Shown here in pieces: positions 39,401 through 48,385 of a stretch of DNA of 64,000 nt. The translations under genes and the position numbers were made by a program. The notes under the pieces were generated by a model. It ran no database searches, had not been told where the DNA came from, and was given only the letters and a program-made list of their open reading frames with translations. The first letter of the stretch is position 1. The number at the start of each line of letters is the position of its first letter. The DNA comes from Patescibacteria group bacterium. Lineage in GTDB: Bacteria; Patescibacteriota; Patescibacteriia; JBAZBY01. The stretch lies in contig JBAZBY010000001.1 of the NCBI GenBank assembly GCA_041671225.1, positions 494,940 to 558,939 of the forward strand, given 5' to 3'.

Positions 39401-40868
39401 GTCATCCTCCTATAGCGTTCCAGATCTTAACTATAACCTAGCGACAGATTTTACCCCGTTTGGAGGCATTATTCCGCCACCAGGAACTCCTGAATCATGG
39501 GATGGTGATGTGGGGCGTAATGGAAACCAGCCTCTGTATATTGAGGCTCCACAGATAAATGACCCTGCATTACAGGAACCACTGTATCAAGCTCGCGCGG
39601 GAACCCCCTATGCGTGCCTTGAGAACTGTGATGCACGGCTTTGCGCGGCAGCAGGGAATAAAACAGGAGCATTTTGTAAGAACGCCGATGATTGTGTTGG
39701 TGAGGCTGCTGGGCTACCAGTGTTTGGACGATGTATTGGAGTGGGGACATGTGAGAATACTGCACGACACTGCAACATAAATTATACTTGTCCCGCAAAA
39801 CCAGGCACAGAGCAGACCGAGCAATGTATCGGTGGTGATGCATCATATAAAGGAGGGCAGGCGTTTACTTATAATCAATCAAGTATCTGCTCGCAATCTG
39901 GTAATTATTGTTCAAAAACGAGTGTCGGCCTGTGTTATATTACGGTTAATCTCCCGGTGGGTGGACCTGTTACGCTTCCTACTGGCACATCGTGTTCAGA
40001 TCCCATAGAGTGTGCTGGACCCAACGCAACATGCGTGCCCACGCCTACTGGTGATGGAAGTGAATTCTGCGAAGGTGTTGGTGATGTTTGCACTTCTGTT
40101 TCTGGAAAGGCAACATTTGCCGTGCGCAGACTGCAGCGTCTTTTTGCAGAAAGCTATGGCGCATGGCAATGGAATAACGAGACAAGAAGGTATGAACGCC
40201 TGAACGGGAATGTGACATGGGATCCTCCTTCAAAGGTGTGTAATGTCCGGTGGTGTGAAGATAATAGTGGACGTGGATGTGTGTCAGATCTTGATTGTTC
40301 GGGTAGTACCTGTAGTCCAAACATTACGCCCGGAGTGCGTCCACCAACCTATAATGACACAGTAGCCGCTGCTGATTTGGATTATTGCGGTGTGCCGCCG
40401 CAGATATTCAATGTCTCCGTCAATGGAGAAGAAACAACAACTCGCGAGAGCGATGATATTGTGCGGTTTGAATTCAACACAACGGCGGATCCAAACCAAT
40501 TGCCACTTGAAAGCATTCTTGTGAACTGGGGCGACGGAGATGTGCAGGGACTTTCCTTCCCGTATGCGCCAAAACAGGATACGGATAACCCGCACGTATT
40601 CATCCATGCATACTCCTGTATTGATGGAACAGAAGGTGAAGATGATGGGCGGCTTGATATCTGCACCTTCAAGCCAAAGGCGCTTGTGCGTGATAATTGG
40701 GGATTCTGTAATAATTTCTGGAACAGCGATCCCACTGCTCCGTCAACCTTGAAATGCGATATTGATAATACGGATGTATGGGCGCCAAATGAATGGTTCA
40801 CAGAACCCGGCGGTAAGCAGCAAGAAGAAGTGCTGGTGATTATTAACGCGGAGACTCCGGCGCCGTAA
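36492..40868 (+). CDS. Giant Cys-rich secreted protein with FN3-like, CBM-like and PKD-like domains (1458 aa)
   Basis: SATVYWTTD..L.PST.Y.Y; many C-x-x-D/E-x-D/E-C modules; VNWGDG near the C-terminus. Confidence 0.72.
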   Translation: MTNRLYNTVFRSLLQLVVVFGGMVLFVQSVSALAINPPGPRVQSVTATSATVYWTTDAAADATVELTDTVTGTVKSSTISAPSTIHTVIVESLSPSTTYTYTVTSFDGTNTVSATGATNIVTPANIGDTTAPKLLSPGVGVSCGAVSCTAYVLYQSDELAISKVWWGLTSPPANGPLTTGIYDTNFSTSITSLSHATDYFYTIHLQDAAGNFREYGPLTFTTCAVGEIGCFSVGQCFDGTPLGSCNEKAEYCDGGTLELNCTACGYQCQIGATCKTGGACISDPPVTDNTYQCNPISCYEPDGTFTQPAGAGCFRSWPKCNSNVVLKVRNDRECKRWIDCRSSIEVKDPVSKSVQQLCTSLANCAQIDVTTGECTRFLPERQCQFNPGRFCSKNEDCAVFDEGDCLPAGTSSALTFNTNRDLGNIRYLTGAVKAGLEWSAGGAVSGQYPWAFAREDGASVNVLDNNEFEDVEEVYTRDAQGVAITKKQFTTDPWFPVGGVINAGTPQQENLELDTNGKASKITVNSENAQDLNNPNHVLWIYPNSNEFSGARAPVSGFFATDKDQYQISLRIKGTGLSDQVVLIQLLHKNTLGEFEYPEDARTYVKLTTGWQNVAFQANGVSSTTYLQIVNTFGGQCLGAGTYCREDSECPDVAFGKPGKCMGALDQVADPSPFLVDDVYIQPSLKVSNSDSIARSCRLFPRGDSLSCAYNDQNGIQYQGWRGFCLEQDPSNASKCVSWWPVDVIAGDTAVLGSFGGETQDGYAGRKPVYYCLEAAGRAMGVEIDRYQITAKYFMSRCANCTFPDFPDAGWPESTSECNGKESGGVWGESFWVCGDNESSSWDIEPDWPEYDFYQYEIDSIEVKRTNGRGEYPANFFLTEEDRHLDSSNNEYWEFVQASSSTKNLLRFQVHFDVNGKVASYSAETDDDTEDKNEPGLFLIYYHMREWCNKIVQVVDDSGQNKAWTQRLQPSSSYSVPDLNYNLATDFTPFGGIIPPPGTPESWDGDVGRNGNQPLYIEAPQINDPALQEPLYQARAGTPYACLENCDARLCAAAGNKTGAFCKNADDCVGEAAGLPVFGRCIGVGTCENTARHCNINYTCPAKPGTEQTEQCIGGDASYKGGQAFTYNQSSICSQSGNYCSKTSVGLCYITVNLPVGGPVTLPTGTSCSDPIECAGPNATCVPTPTGDGSEFCEGVGDVCTSVSGKATFAVRRLQRLFAESYGAWQWNNETRRYERLNGNVTWDPPSKVCNVRWCEDNSGRGCVSDLDCSGSTCSPNITPGVRPPTYNDTVAAADLDYCGVPPQIFNVSVNGEETTTRESDDIVRFEFNTTADPNQLPLESILVNWGDGDVQGLSFPYAPKQDTDNPHVFIHAYSCIDGTEGEDDGRLDICTFKPKALVRDNWGFCNNFWNSDPTAPSTLKCDIDNTDVWAPNEWFTEPGGKQQEEVLVIINAETPAP

Positions 40869-40869
40869 T

Positions 40870-43800
40870 ATGCAGAAACACCTGCACAATCTACGAAATA
40901 TTCTCAACCGCGTTTTTGGCATACGAGCGCCTCATAAACGCGTTGTTCTGTTGGTAGGCGTTCTGTCCGTTGCCGTAGGCGTCTTTTTTGCGTTGCAGTT
41001 CGTGAAGGCAGATGCCGGAGAAACCGTTGTTCGCATTGCAACCAATGCATTCACAAGTCTTCTTGCGGAGATCGTTATTTATATTGACAAACTTCTTGCG
41101 CGCCTGCTTGTGGTGCTTTCCAACATCATGATAGCCGCTGCGTCATATAATGATTTTGTGAATGCTCCGGCAGTTGAGAAGGGCTGGACGATCGTGCGCG
41201 ATCTCGCAAATATGTTCTTCATTGTCGTGCTTCTGGTCATTTCTTTTGGCACGATCCTTCGCATTCAGCAGTATCGCTTTCAGCAGACGTTGCCGCGCTT
41301 CATCATTTGGGCGGTACTCATCAACTTTTCCAAGTTCATCGCCGGCGTGTGGATCGATTTTGCGCAGGTCATCACGCTGACGTTTGTGAATGCATTTAGA
41401 GATGCCGCTGCGGGGAATATCGTGGATGCCTTTGGGTTGCGCGAGATGCTCACCTTTTTGAATGATGGATCCACGATCAGCGCAGATGCAGGCGATGTTC
41501 TTGGTGCGGTTATCCTTTCGCTCGCGTTGCTCATCATTGCAAACGTCGTTATTTTTTCTCTTGCAATCACCTTTCTTTTTCGCATCGTTGCCTTGTGGCT
41601 CTTGGTGGTGCTCTCTCCGATCGCGTATGTGACGCGCACGTTTCCGAATGCGACAAAGTATTCTGATCAGTGGTGGACAATGTTCAACAAATATGTGATG
41701 ACCGGCCCTGTGCTTGCCTTCTTTATTTGGCTCGCCTTGACGATTATCGCGACGCCGGGACCGGATAATCTCCCTTATTTGCAGGGCGTCGTCGGCACTA
41801 TTGATGATGCGACCCAGACAGCCGGGTATGACGTTGTTAATGCGACCAGTGCCGGCGGTTATGGACTTGCCGCGTCAATCAGCGCAATTAGCAGTAGCGA
41901 TCGCCTGCTTTCTTTTATACTTTCGATCGGGCTTTTTATCTCAGCTTTGATGGCGACGCAACAGCTTGGTGTGATGGGCAGCGGCGTCGCTGGTTCCGCG
42001 CTGAAGGGCATTCAGAAGGGCGCGCTGGGGACCGCACGCTGGGTTGCGCGGAGACCAGGAGCCATGGGTTCATGGACTGCAAGAAAGATCAAGGCGGGTC
42101 GCGCGCCAGGGCCGCTGAAGAGACTTGCTGGCGTTGATTTTAACCCCGCCAATTTTGTGCGAGGCGTTCGCAAGGGTATGGCAAACAAGCGCATTGAAGA
42201 AGAACTGGAAGGTACGCGCGAATCTGGCGCCAAGGCAAGGCAATCCGGGGGACTCAAAGCTGCGATTTATGCCGGGGGAACCCCAGAAGATTTTCAGCGG
42301 GAATACATGAGCGGATTCATCTATAATCGCGGGCTTCAACGTTTGGGCATGAATGCTTCAGAAAAAGCCGAATCGATCAGAACACAGGCTTTGGAAGAAA
42401 AAAAGAAAAAAGAATCCCTTGAGATGCTTGCGCAAACTCCGGATCCCGAGACCTACATGGAGAATGATTTGAATAGCAGGATAGATATTCATGAACAGGA
42501 ATTAAAAGCGAAAACTAATCAGATCGAGGAAGGCGATACTATTGAGAAAAGGCTTCTTGTTCGCCGAGATGCACTTGAGAAGCTGAAAAAGCCAAAAGAG
42601 GGGCAAGCAGTAGACCAAAATAAGGTCGAAGCTGAAGAGGCAGCTATTGCGGACTTGGAAGTGAAAAAACAGACCTTCTTGGAGAATAAAAAGAATTTTG
42701 GGGAACAGTGGGAGGAGGATAGAGCTGCTTTGGACACAGAATTGACGGCATTGAAGACACAGCGGGCTTCGGTTTTTGGCGTAGGAGCAGACGGTACGCC
42801 AGCGCTGGACCCGAACGACAGATATACAGCAGCCATGCAGTATGTTGAGGAGCAACACCAAAAGAAGGTCGTAGAACGAGACCGCGTTCAACGCGGCGGC
42901 ATTACTGACGCACAAATAGAAGAGCGCAAGGCTCTGATACGAGCAGCACGGCAGAAGGACAGAACAGCAGCAAAGGAACAAGATTCTCTTATTGAAAAAA
43001 AGGATACTGCGCATCCTGAGGAGCTTGCAAAGCTCAATGCGCAGCTTGAAGAGTTGCAGAAATTACGGGAGGGCATTGCAGCATGGATGGCGCGAATTGA
43101 TGATGGCGGGAAAACGCGATTAACACGTGACGATTATAAGAACCATCAACAGACATTGGGCGAGGGCAGGGAGACAGAAGATGAGAGGTTCAAAAAGGAA
43201 GAAATAGACGTTGATGGCAAAAAAACTGGGCGCACCATGGGCGAGGCGTTGATTAAGGGATTAAATGAGGCATTGACCGAAGACACAGAGCAGCTCGATG
43301 CCATGAGAACCATTACAGAGGCACAGCGGGAGCAATATAGAATACTGGCCGCAGAAGCAGGCACAGCACAGAAGAAATTGGAAGATAAGGCCATGGAAGC
43401 ATCAAAATGGGTGTTTCAGGACTTTAGCGCTCGCGCCGCGGGCCGCACTGCCGCGTCTATTGCAGCCAAAAATGTTGATACAGAAAATGAACATGAGCTT
43501 ATCCAGCTTTTTAAATCTGCATTGAATAATGATGACAAAGGTTTGGCAGAAGCAGTGATGCGGGAAGCAGCAGCAGTGGGGCACTTGAATGAATTGGTGA
43601 ATGCAGAGGGATTCATCGCGAACCAGGACGGGCTTAATCAGTTTGTTAATAAGACCCTTGTTGATAAGCTCGGCATGGACAAGCAAATTGCTTATGGCAT
43701 CCAGAATGACGCTTCAGAAATGGCGCAGCGAATTAATCACTGGACCTTTGCGCAATCTGTCGGCGTCAAGAGCGGACAATATTATCAACGCACTCCGTAT

Positions 43801-44205
43801 GAACAGGGAATGCGTTCAGCAGTTGAAATGTCCAAGAAGGATCCTGAAGGTGTTGTGCGGCAATCGAACCGCCTTGGGTATGGAGGGGAGGATCCCAGCG
43901 GAGCTTTTCATATCTCTGAAGTAGGTTTGCATATGATCGCAAAAGGATATAAATCCATTCAAAGCCAGTTTAGTCGCGGCCGCTATAACCGCAGCGCAGC
44001 AATGAAACTCGTTACCCCGGAGACCTTCTCAAGACTGCAGAGCCTTATGTATACGGATCTCATCGATGACAAGCGGCTTTACAGAAAGTTCTTGAATGAA
44101 TTGCTCTCATATGCGGCAGGCTCTGCAGACACGCTGGGTGCAGAAAGCAGGGCAGTGAGTAGGCTGCTTGATCACGCGGTGCCTCGGGATCTTCCAAACG
44201 TTTAA
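40870..44205 (+). CDS. VirB6/TrbL-like polytopic membrane protein with ~700-aa charged coiled-coil tail
   Basis: GW..VRD.ANMFFI..LL, LINFS, R.V.LW.L..LSP.A, WW..F; multiple TMs followed by an E/K/R-rich region. Confidence 0.7.
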   Translation: MQKHLHNLRNILNRVFGIRAPHKRVVLLVGVLSVAVGVFFALQFVKADAGETVVRIATNAFTSLLAEIVIYIDKLLARLLVVLSNIMIAAASYNDFVNAPAVEKGWTIVRDLANMFFIVVLLVISFGTILRIQQYRFQQTLPRFIIWAVLINFSKFIAGVWIDFAQVITLTFVNAFRDAAAGNIVDAFGLREMLTFLNDGSTISADAGDVLGAVILSLALLIIANVVIFSLAITFLFRIVALWLLVVLSPIAYVTRTFPNATKYSDQWWTMFNKYVMTGPVLAFFIWLALTIIATPGPDNLPYLQGVVGTIDDATQTAGYDVVNATSAGGYGLAASISAISSSDRLLSFILSIGLFISALMATQQLGVMGSGVAGSALKGIQKGALGTARWVARRPGAMGSWTARKIKAGRAPGPLKRLAGVDFNPANFVRGVRKGMANKRIEEELEGTRESGAKARQSGGLKAAIYAGGTPEDFQREYMSGFIYNRGLQRLGMNASEKAESIRTQALEEKKKKESLEMLAQTPDPETYMENDLNSRIDIHEQELKAKTNQIEEGDTIEKRLLVRRDALEKLKKPKEGQAVDQNKVEAEEAAIADLEVKKQTFLENKKNFGEQWEEDRAALDTELTALKTQRASVFGVGADGTPALDPNDRYTAAMQYVEEQHQKKVVERDRVQRGGITDAQIEERKALIRAARQKDRTAAKEQDSLIEKKDTAHPEELAKLNAQLEELQKLREGIAAWMARIDDGGKTRLTRDDYKNHQQTLGEGRETEDERFKKEEIDVDGKKTGRTMGEALIKGLNEALTEDTEQLDAMRTITEAQREQYRILAAEAGTAQKKLEDKAMEASKWVFQDFSARAAGRTAASIAAKNVDTENEHELIQLFKSALNNDDKGLAEAVMREAAAVGHLNELVNAEGFIANQDGLNQFVNKTLVDKLGMDKQIAYGIQNDASEMAQRINHWTFAQSVGVKSGQYYQRTPYEQGMRSAVEMSKKDPEGVVRQSNRLGYGGEDPSGAFHISEVGLHMIAKGYKSIQSQFSRGRYNRSAAMKLVTPETFSRLQSLMYTDLIDDKRLYRKFLNELLSYAAGSADTLGAESRAVSRLLDHAVPRDLPNV

Positions 44206-44219
44206 TCATTATCTCGCGT

Positions 44220-45575
44220 ATGGCAGTTGTAACTGACAAAGCACTAGAGGACGAAAATATTCTCCGCGAACTCAAGGAGAGCATGGATGATATTCTTCTT
44301 TTTGATGATGTGGTCACTGCGGAGAAAGCCATGGTGAATTTGGAGACCTTTTTCTCCGAGTATAAGAATTTTCGCAACAAAAATCCGCAACTGTATGCGC
44401 GTTATCAGGATATATTGACGCTCGCGCGATGGGTTTCCCTCGCTGCGCTGAATGATGACAAAGTGGTTCGTTTGTTTCATGAAGATTTGCCGATCATTCT
44501 TCGCCACGGCGAATATGACATTTTCAACAAACTTGATCTCCTGCTCATCAAGCAGAGCACGCTAGAACGGCGTGATGAGATTCGTGGAAAGTTGCGCCAG
44601 GCAATGATCACGAGTGAGGCTGATCTCACCACAGCCGCCATTAAGAAGCAGGAAAGCTTGGTAGCAGGAACGGTCGGGGGGTGGATAAATGATTATAATG
44701 CGTTTGTTGGTGCAGAAAAAAAGCAAATAGATAGCATGAAGCGCACGACATACTTTGTGCAAAGCCCAACACTGCCGAAGATATCTGAGAATGAGAAGAT
44801 TCTTGTTCGACGCATGCTTGATATCTATGAATATTTGAAGCTTTCATCCGGGGATCTCATTGGGTTTGAAGAAAAGATTCCGATCGATGATGAAGGAACT
44901 GAAGGGTGGGTCTATCGTGGGTCCTTTCAACCGATCGATAAGAATATCGTCAATGAGTATCGCGCTCTCATGCGGAGTATTCAGGAAGATGTCCAGCGCA
45001 CCGCATCATCAGGAGAAGCGGCAACTGGCGCAGAGCAAGGAAACATCCAAAAGGAGATCATTGCCGCGCAGCAAAAGTATCAAAAACTGCTCATGGCAGT
45101 CCACAATGAGGAGAAGCAACTCATAAAAGAAGCAGAAGGAAAGACTGACATGCTTTTTGACATTCTCTTTGACGAGAATCTTAAGGCAAGTTCCATGAAG
45201 AAAGTTGGGGCGCTTGTTGCCTGTGCGCGCATGACGGCTCTTGATGAACTTTTTCAGGATGCGCGCGCCGCGCTGTATGTTGAAAGCCATGTGTTGCCGC
45301 ATATTCTGGAGGGAAAAGTTTCCACAAAAGCATTGCAAGAGGATTTTAAACGTAAAAAGTTTTCCCCCGCGTATAAAAAGGAATTACTGAAGGCGCTGTT
45401 GCAAGACGCCTTGAAGAAGGAAGAAGACGCAGCAATGCTGTATCAGCAGATTGTGAACCTTGCCGGTGATAAAGATCAGGCGGATTTATTGGGCGGGAGT
45501 TTCTACAATGTTTCTCTGCATCAGTACAGCTTTCAAGCAAGCGCCTGGAGAGACGACGGGCTTGTCAATGCATAG
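44220..45575 (+). CDS. Hypothetical cytoplasmic helical protein
   Basis: 451-aa ORF in the operon. Its N-domain resembles that of 46053-47912. Confidence 0.7.
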   Translation: MAVVTDKALEDENILRELKESMDDILLFDDVVTAEKAMVNLETFFSEYKNFRNKNPQLYARYQDILTLARWVSLAALNDDKVVRLFHEDLPIILRHGEYDIFNKLDLLLIKQSTLERRDEIRGKLRQAMITSEADLTTAAIKKQESLVAGTVGGWINDYNAFVGAEKKQIDSMKRTTYFVQSPTLPKISENEKILVRRMLDIYEYLKLSSGDLIGFEEKIPIDDEGTEGWVYRGSFQPIDKNIVNEYRALMRSIQEDVQRTASSGEAATGAEQGNIQKEIIAAQQKYQKLLMAVHNEEKQLIKEAEGKTDMLFDILFDENLKASSMKKVGALVACARMTALDELFQDARAALYVESHVLPHILEGKVSTKALQEDFKRKKFSPAYKKELLKALLQDALKKEEDAAMLYQQIVNLAGDKDQADLLGGSFYNVSLHQYSFQASAWRDDGLVNA

Positions 45576-45577
45576 GT

Positions 45578-45877
45578 ATGAATATTTCGATCCCTCAGCC
45601 GGCATATCAGCCAGTAGTGCTTCTTCGTGCTGCAGGATATGCGCCATTTCGCGACCCAAAGACCGGTGAAGGTTCATTTGTGCGGCGACTTGGCACAGAA
45701 TTTTATCCGCGATTCCATATTTATGTGATAAAGGACACGGATGATGTTTTGGACCTTACGCTGCATTTGGATCAACGGCGCCCAAGCTATACTGGCAGCC
45801 GCGCACACAATGGTGAGTACGACGGACCGCAGATTGAGGCGGAGAGGACGAGGATTCTTTCACGTATTCCACAGTAA
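45578..45877 (+). CDS. Small hypothetical protein
   Basis: 99 aa, 2-nt gap from the upstream stop; SFVRRLG..FYPRFHIY..LHLDQ..H.GEY, a motif I recall from CPR genomes. Confidence 0.7.
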   Translation: MNISIPQPAYQPVVLLRAAGYAPFRDPKTGEGSFVRRLGTEFYPRFHIYVIKDTDDVLDLTLHLDQRRPSYTGSRAHNGEYDGPQIEAERTRILSRIPQ

Positions 45878-45891
45878 GCAGCATAAATATA

Positions 45892-46046
45892 TTGCGGAGA
45901 TGCGGTGTTTTTGGTATAATCAGCGCATACAACATGGATATTTTCATCTGCATTTCCTATAAAAATCCCGCAAAAGCAGATGAAAGGGGGCGGTACGGTT
46001 TTATGATGACTGCACTCGTCCCGGAAAGGCCGGGATTTCTTTTTTC
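45892..46046 (+). promoter_or_regulatory. Promoter plus attenuator-like leader (40-codon uORF, competing helices, terminator)
   Basis: TTGCGG-17-TATAAT; TTTCATCTGC/GCAGATGAAA stem; TCCCGG-AAAGG-CCGGGA plus T-tract; uORF 45934-46056. Confidence 0.5.
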
Positions 46047-46052
46047 AATCAA

Positions 46053-47912
46053 ATGATAGACGCAGCAACGCTTGCGACTATAGACCTCAAAACAACTGAG
46101 GGCGAGGAAGCAGTGCGCCGTATCGTTCATGATACGGTACGGTTTGGCGAGGCGCGAGCAGCGTTTCGTACTGCACAGGCACTGACCGTACGCATCAAGG
46201 GAGAAGGCACGCTTGAGAGGCAGTATGCTCAGTTATTAGCGCTTCTGAAGGCCGCGGCTCTCCCACTTTTAAGCGACGAAGGGGCGGTTACCGTCTTTGG
46301 GGAGTATTTACCGTATATTTTGAGTCAGCCGGATATTGACCTTATCCATGGTCTTCGCATGAGGGCGATTGGCATGCCAGAAGAGGATCTCCGCAGATTT
46401 TTTGCCGATGTCATAAGCGCAATGGCCGCAGCGCAGACTGCACTCACAGATGTGCCATTACAAATGGATGATGGTTCAGCGCGCCCACCAACACTTGCAA
46501 GCTGGATTATGGTTTTGCGCATCGCATTGCAAGACAGTTCCGCTGAAAAGGTTGCCTCAAGCCCGCTTCTTGAGAAGCTTACGGGTGAAGACAAGCAGAA
46601 GGTGCTGCGATTGACGCATCTTGTGGCCATTGTTGAGAAACTTGCCAAGGGCGAGATGCAGCCTGAAGGAATTATGATTCGTGAAGCAAATGGAAGCATG
46701 AAAGTGCTTTCAGAAGGTGGCGCTGTTCCGGTAATGGGAACCGCGCTTCCTGCAGCAGCACCTCTTCAAGAAGAACCGCCTCTACCCCAACCAGAACACA
46801 CAGAGCAACCAGCCGAGACTGTTCCAACACCAGAGCCAACACCAGAGCCAGAGGCGCCGCCCATTCCTGTTTCAAAACCAACACTTCCGCCTCAAGCGGT
46901 AGCCTCGCCAGCGGCTCCTGCTGAACTAGGTCCGATTGCACAAACGCAATATTCACTTGATGACGAAGAAGAGATCCAGCGGCACATGGAGCGTTTACGT
47001 GATATTGGAAGTGAGCCGTCCGCGGATCAGGTACTTGATGCAAAGGTTGCAGATTTGATACGCGAACAGAATCTGCAGTTTGATGATGAGAATCTGAAAA
47101 GTCGTTTTCAGATGATGATCAAAACATACATCAAGGGCATCCGTAATGGCGTAGAAACCGAAGAAATTCTTTGCCGCCCCGAAAAAATTGGCGGTATGGG
47201 ATATGACAAAGAGCAGGCGCACGCCATTATGGAATCAGCAAAGAAGCAGATTGCAAAACGCAAGGATGATGCCGGTGTGAGGGAACTTGTTGAGGAGGCG
47301 CGCACGATCGAAGAAGCTCCGGAGGGCATGCCATCTGCACCAACCATCCCTTCTGCGCCGCAAGTGCCCATCGTTCCTCCTATTGTCATGCCGGAAAAGC
47401 CAAAGATTGAGACAACAACGCAGAACATCCCAACATCAGTACCAGTTGTACCAGATCCACAAAAGAATGCGGGAGCATCTATCGAGAAACGGGCAGTGAC
47501 GTTTTCGCAATCCGGGGGGAGCGGACTTTTTCGCCGCGCACGTGGCCTGAAGCCGGCAGTGGACGATATTAAGGCACCAAAAAAATTAGCCGGTCCAACA
47601 GAGGAGATTCGCTCTATGTCATTAGAAGACTTTCAGAAGTTGGGACCAACGCCGCGAGATCGGGTTCAGAAACTTTTTAGCCGCTTTGTTTCACTCCAGA
47701 AGGAATCCTTTGCGTTGCGCATGGAAGGCGTGAGCGCCTGGCGCAAGAGCCCCGTGTACCAACAATATCTGGATATTGGCGGTGAGAGTATGAATACGAG
47801 TCAAAGTATTGCCGATGTTATTGCCGCCCGGGTACAAAAGGGTATGCCAACACTCACCACAGATGATTTTCATTATATTGCCGACTTAAACCGGCAGCTC
47901 CAGTTCCACTAA
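46053..47912 (+). CDS. Hypothetical protein with Pro-rich linkers
   Basis: 619 aa; PEPTPEPE linkers; L.RPEKIGG.G and GP.EE..M.L.DF..AWR.SP.Y..Y blocks. Confidence 0.72.
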   Translation: MIDAATLATIDLKTTEGEEAVRRIVHDTVRFGEARAAFRTAQALTVRIKGEGTLERQYAQLLALLKAAALPLLSDEGAVTVFGEYLPYILSQPDIDLIHGLRMRAIGMPEEDLRRFFADVISAMAAAQTALTDVPLQMDDGSARPPTLASWIMVLRIALQDSSAEKVASSPLLEKLTGEDKQKVLRLTHLVAIVEKLAKGEMQPEGIMIREANGSMKVLSEGGAVPVMGTALPAAAPLQEEPPLPQPEHTEQPAETVPTPEPTPEPEAPPIPVSKPTLPPQAVASPAAPAELGPIAQTQYSLDDEEEIQRHMERLRDIGSEPSADQVLDAKVADLIREQNLQFDDENLKSRFQMMIKTYIKGIRNGVETEEILCRPEKIGGMGYDKEQAHAIMESAKKQIAKRKDDAGVRELVEEARTIEEAPEGMPSAPTIPSAPQVPIVPPIVMPEKPKIETTTQNIPTSVPVVPDPQKNAGASIEKRAVTFSQSGGSGLFRRARGLKPAVDDIKAPKKLAGPTEEIRSMSLEDFQKLGPTPRDRVQKLFSRFVSLQKESFALRMEGVSAWRKSPVYQQYLDIGGESMNTSQSIADVIAARVQKGMPTLTTDDFHYIADLNRQLQFH

Positions 47913-47921
47913 GGAATATAT

Positions 47922-48383
47922 ATGCCAATGCAGTTCATCGTTCCGCAGTTCATCGATGTTGAGGATAAGATCCTTGGTCCTCTTTCTGTGCGGCAGTTTA
48001 TTATGTTTCTTGTGGGCGCGGCGCTTATTTATATCGACTATGAATTGATGTATCACCTTGCTGGTAATTTTTGGTTCTTTCTTGTTTCAGCGATTGCGCT
48101 CTTTGGACTTACGGGAGTGTTCGCCTTTTTGAGAATCAACGGCAGACCTTTTCATTGGTTTTTATTGGCGATCATCGTGAATTTTCGCGACCCAAAATTA
48201 CGTATCTGGTCAAAATATGTTCCGAACGACGAATTAAAGCGAAAGAAGGAAAAAATTGATAACGGACCGGATATTCCCATGAAGCCTGGCGTGACGCAAT
48301 CTCAGCTGCAACGTCTTGCGCTTATTGTGGATACCGGCGGCGCGTTTACTGATGATGTCCCCGAAAAAAAACCTAAGAGGTAA
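47922..48383 (+). CDS. PrgI-family (VirB3-like) membrane protein
   Basis: QFIVPQFIDVEDKILGPLSVRQF; two TMs; INGRPF. Confidence 0.85.
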   Translation: MPMQFIVPQFIDVEDKILGPLSVRQFIMFLVGAALIYIDYELMYHLAGNFWFFLVSAIALFGLTGVFAFLRINGRPFHWFLLAIIVNFRDPKLRIWSKYVPNDELKRKKEKIDNGPDIPMKPGVTQSQLQRLALIVDTGGAFTDDVPEKKPKR

Positions 48384-48385
48384 TT

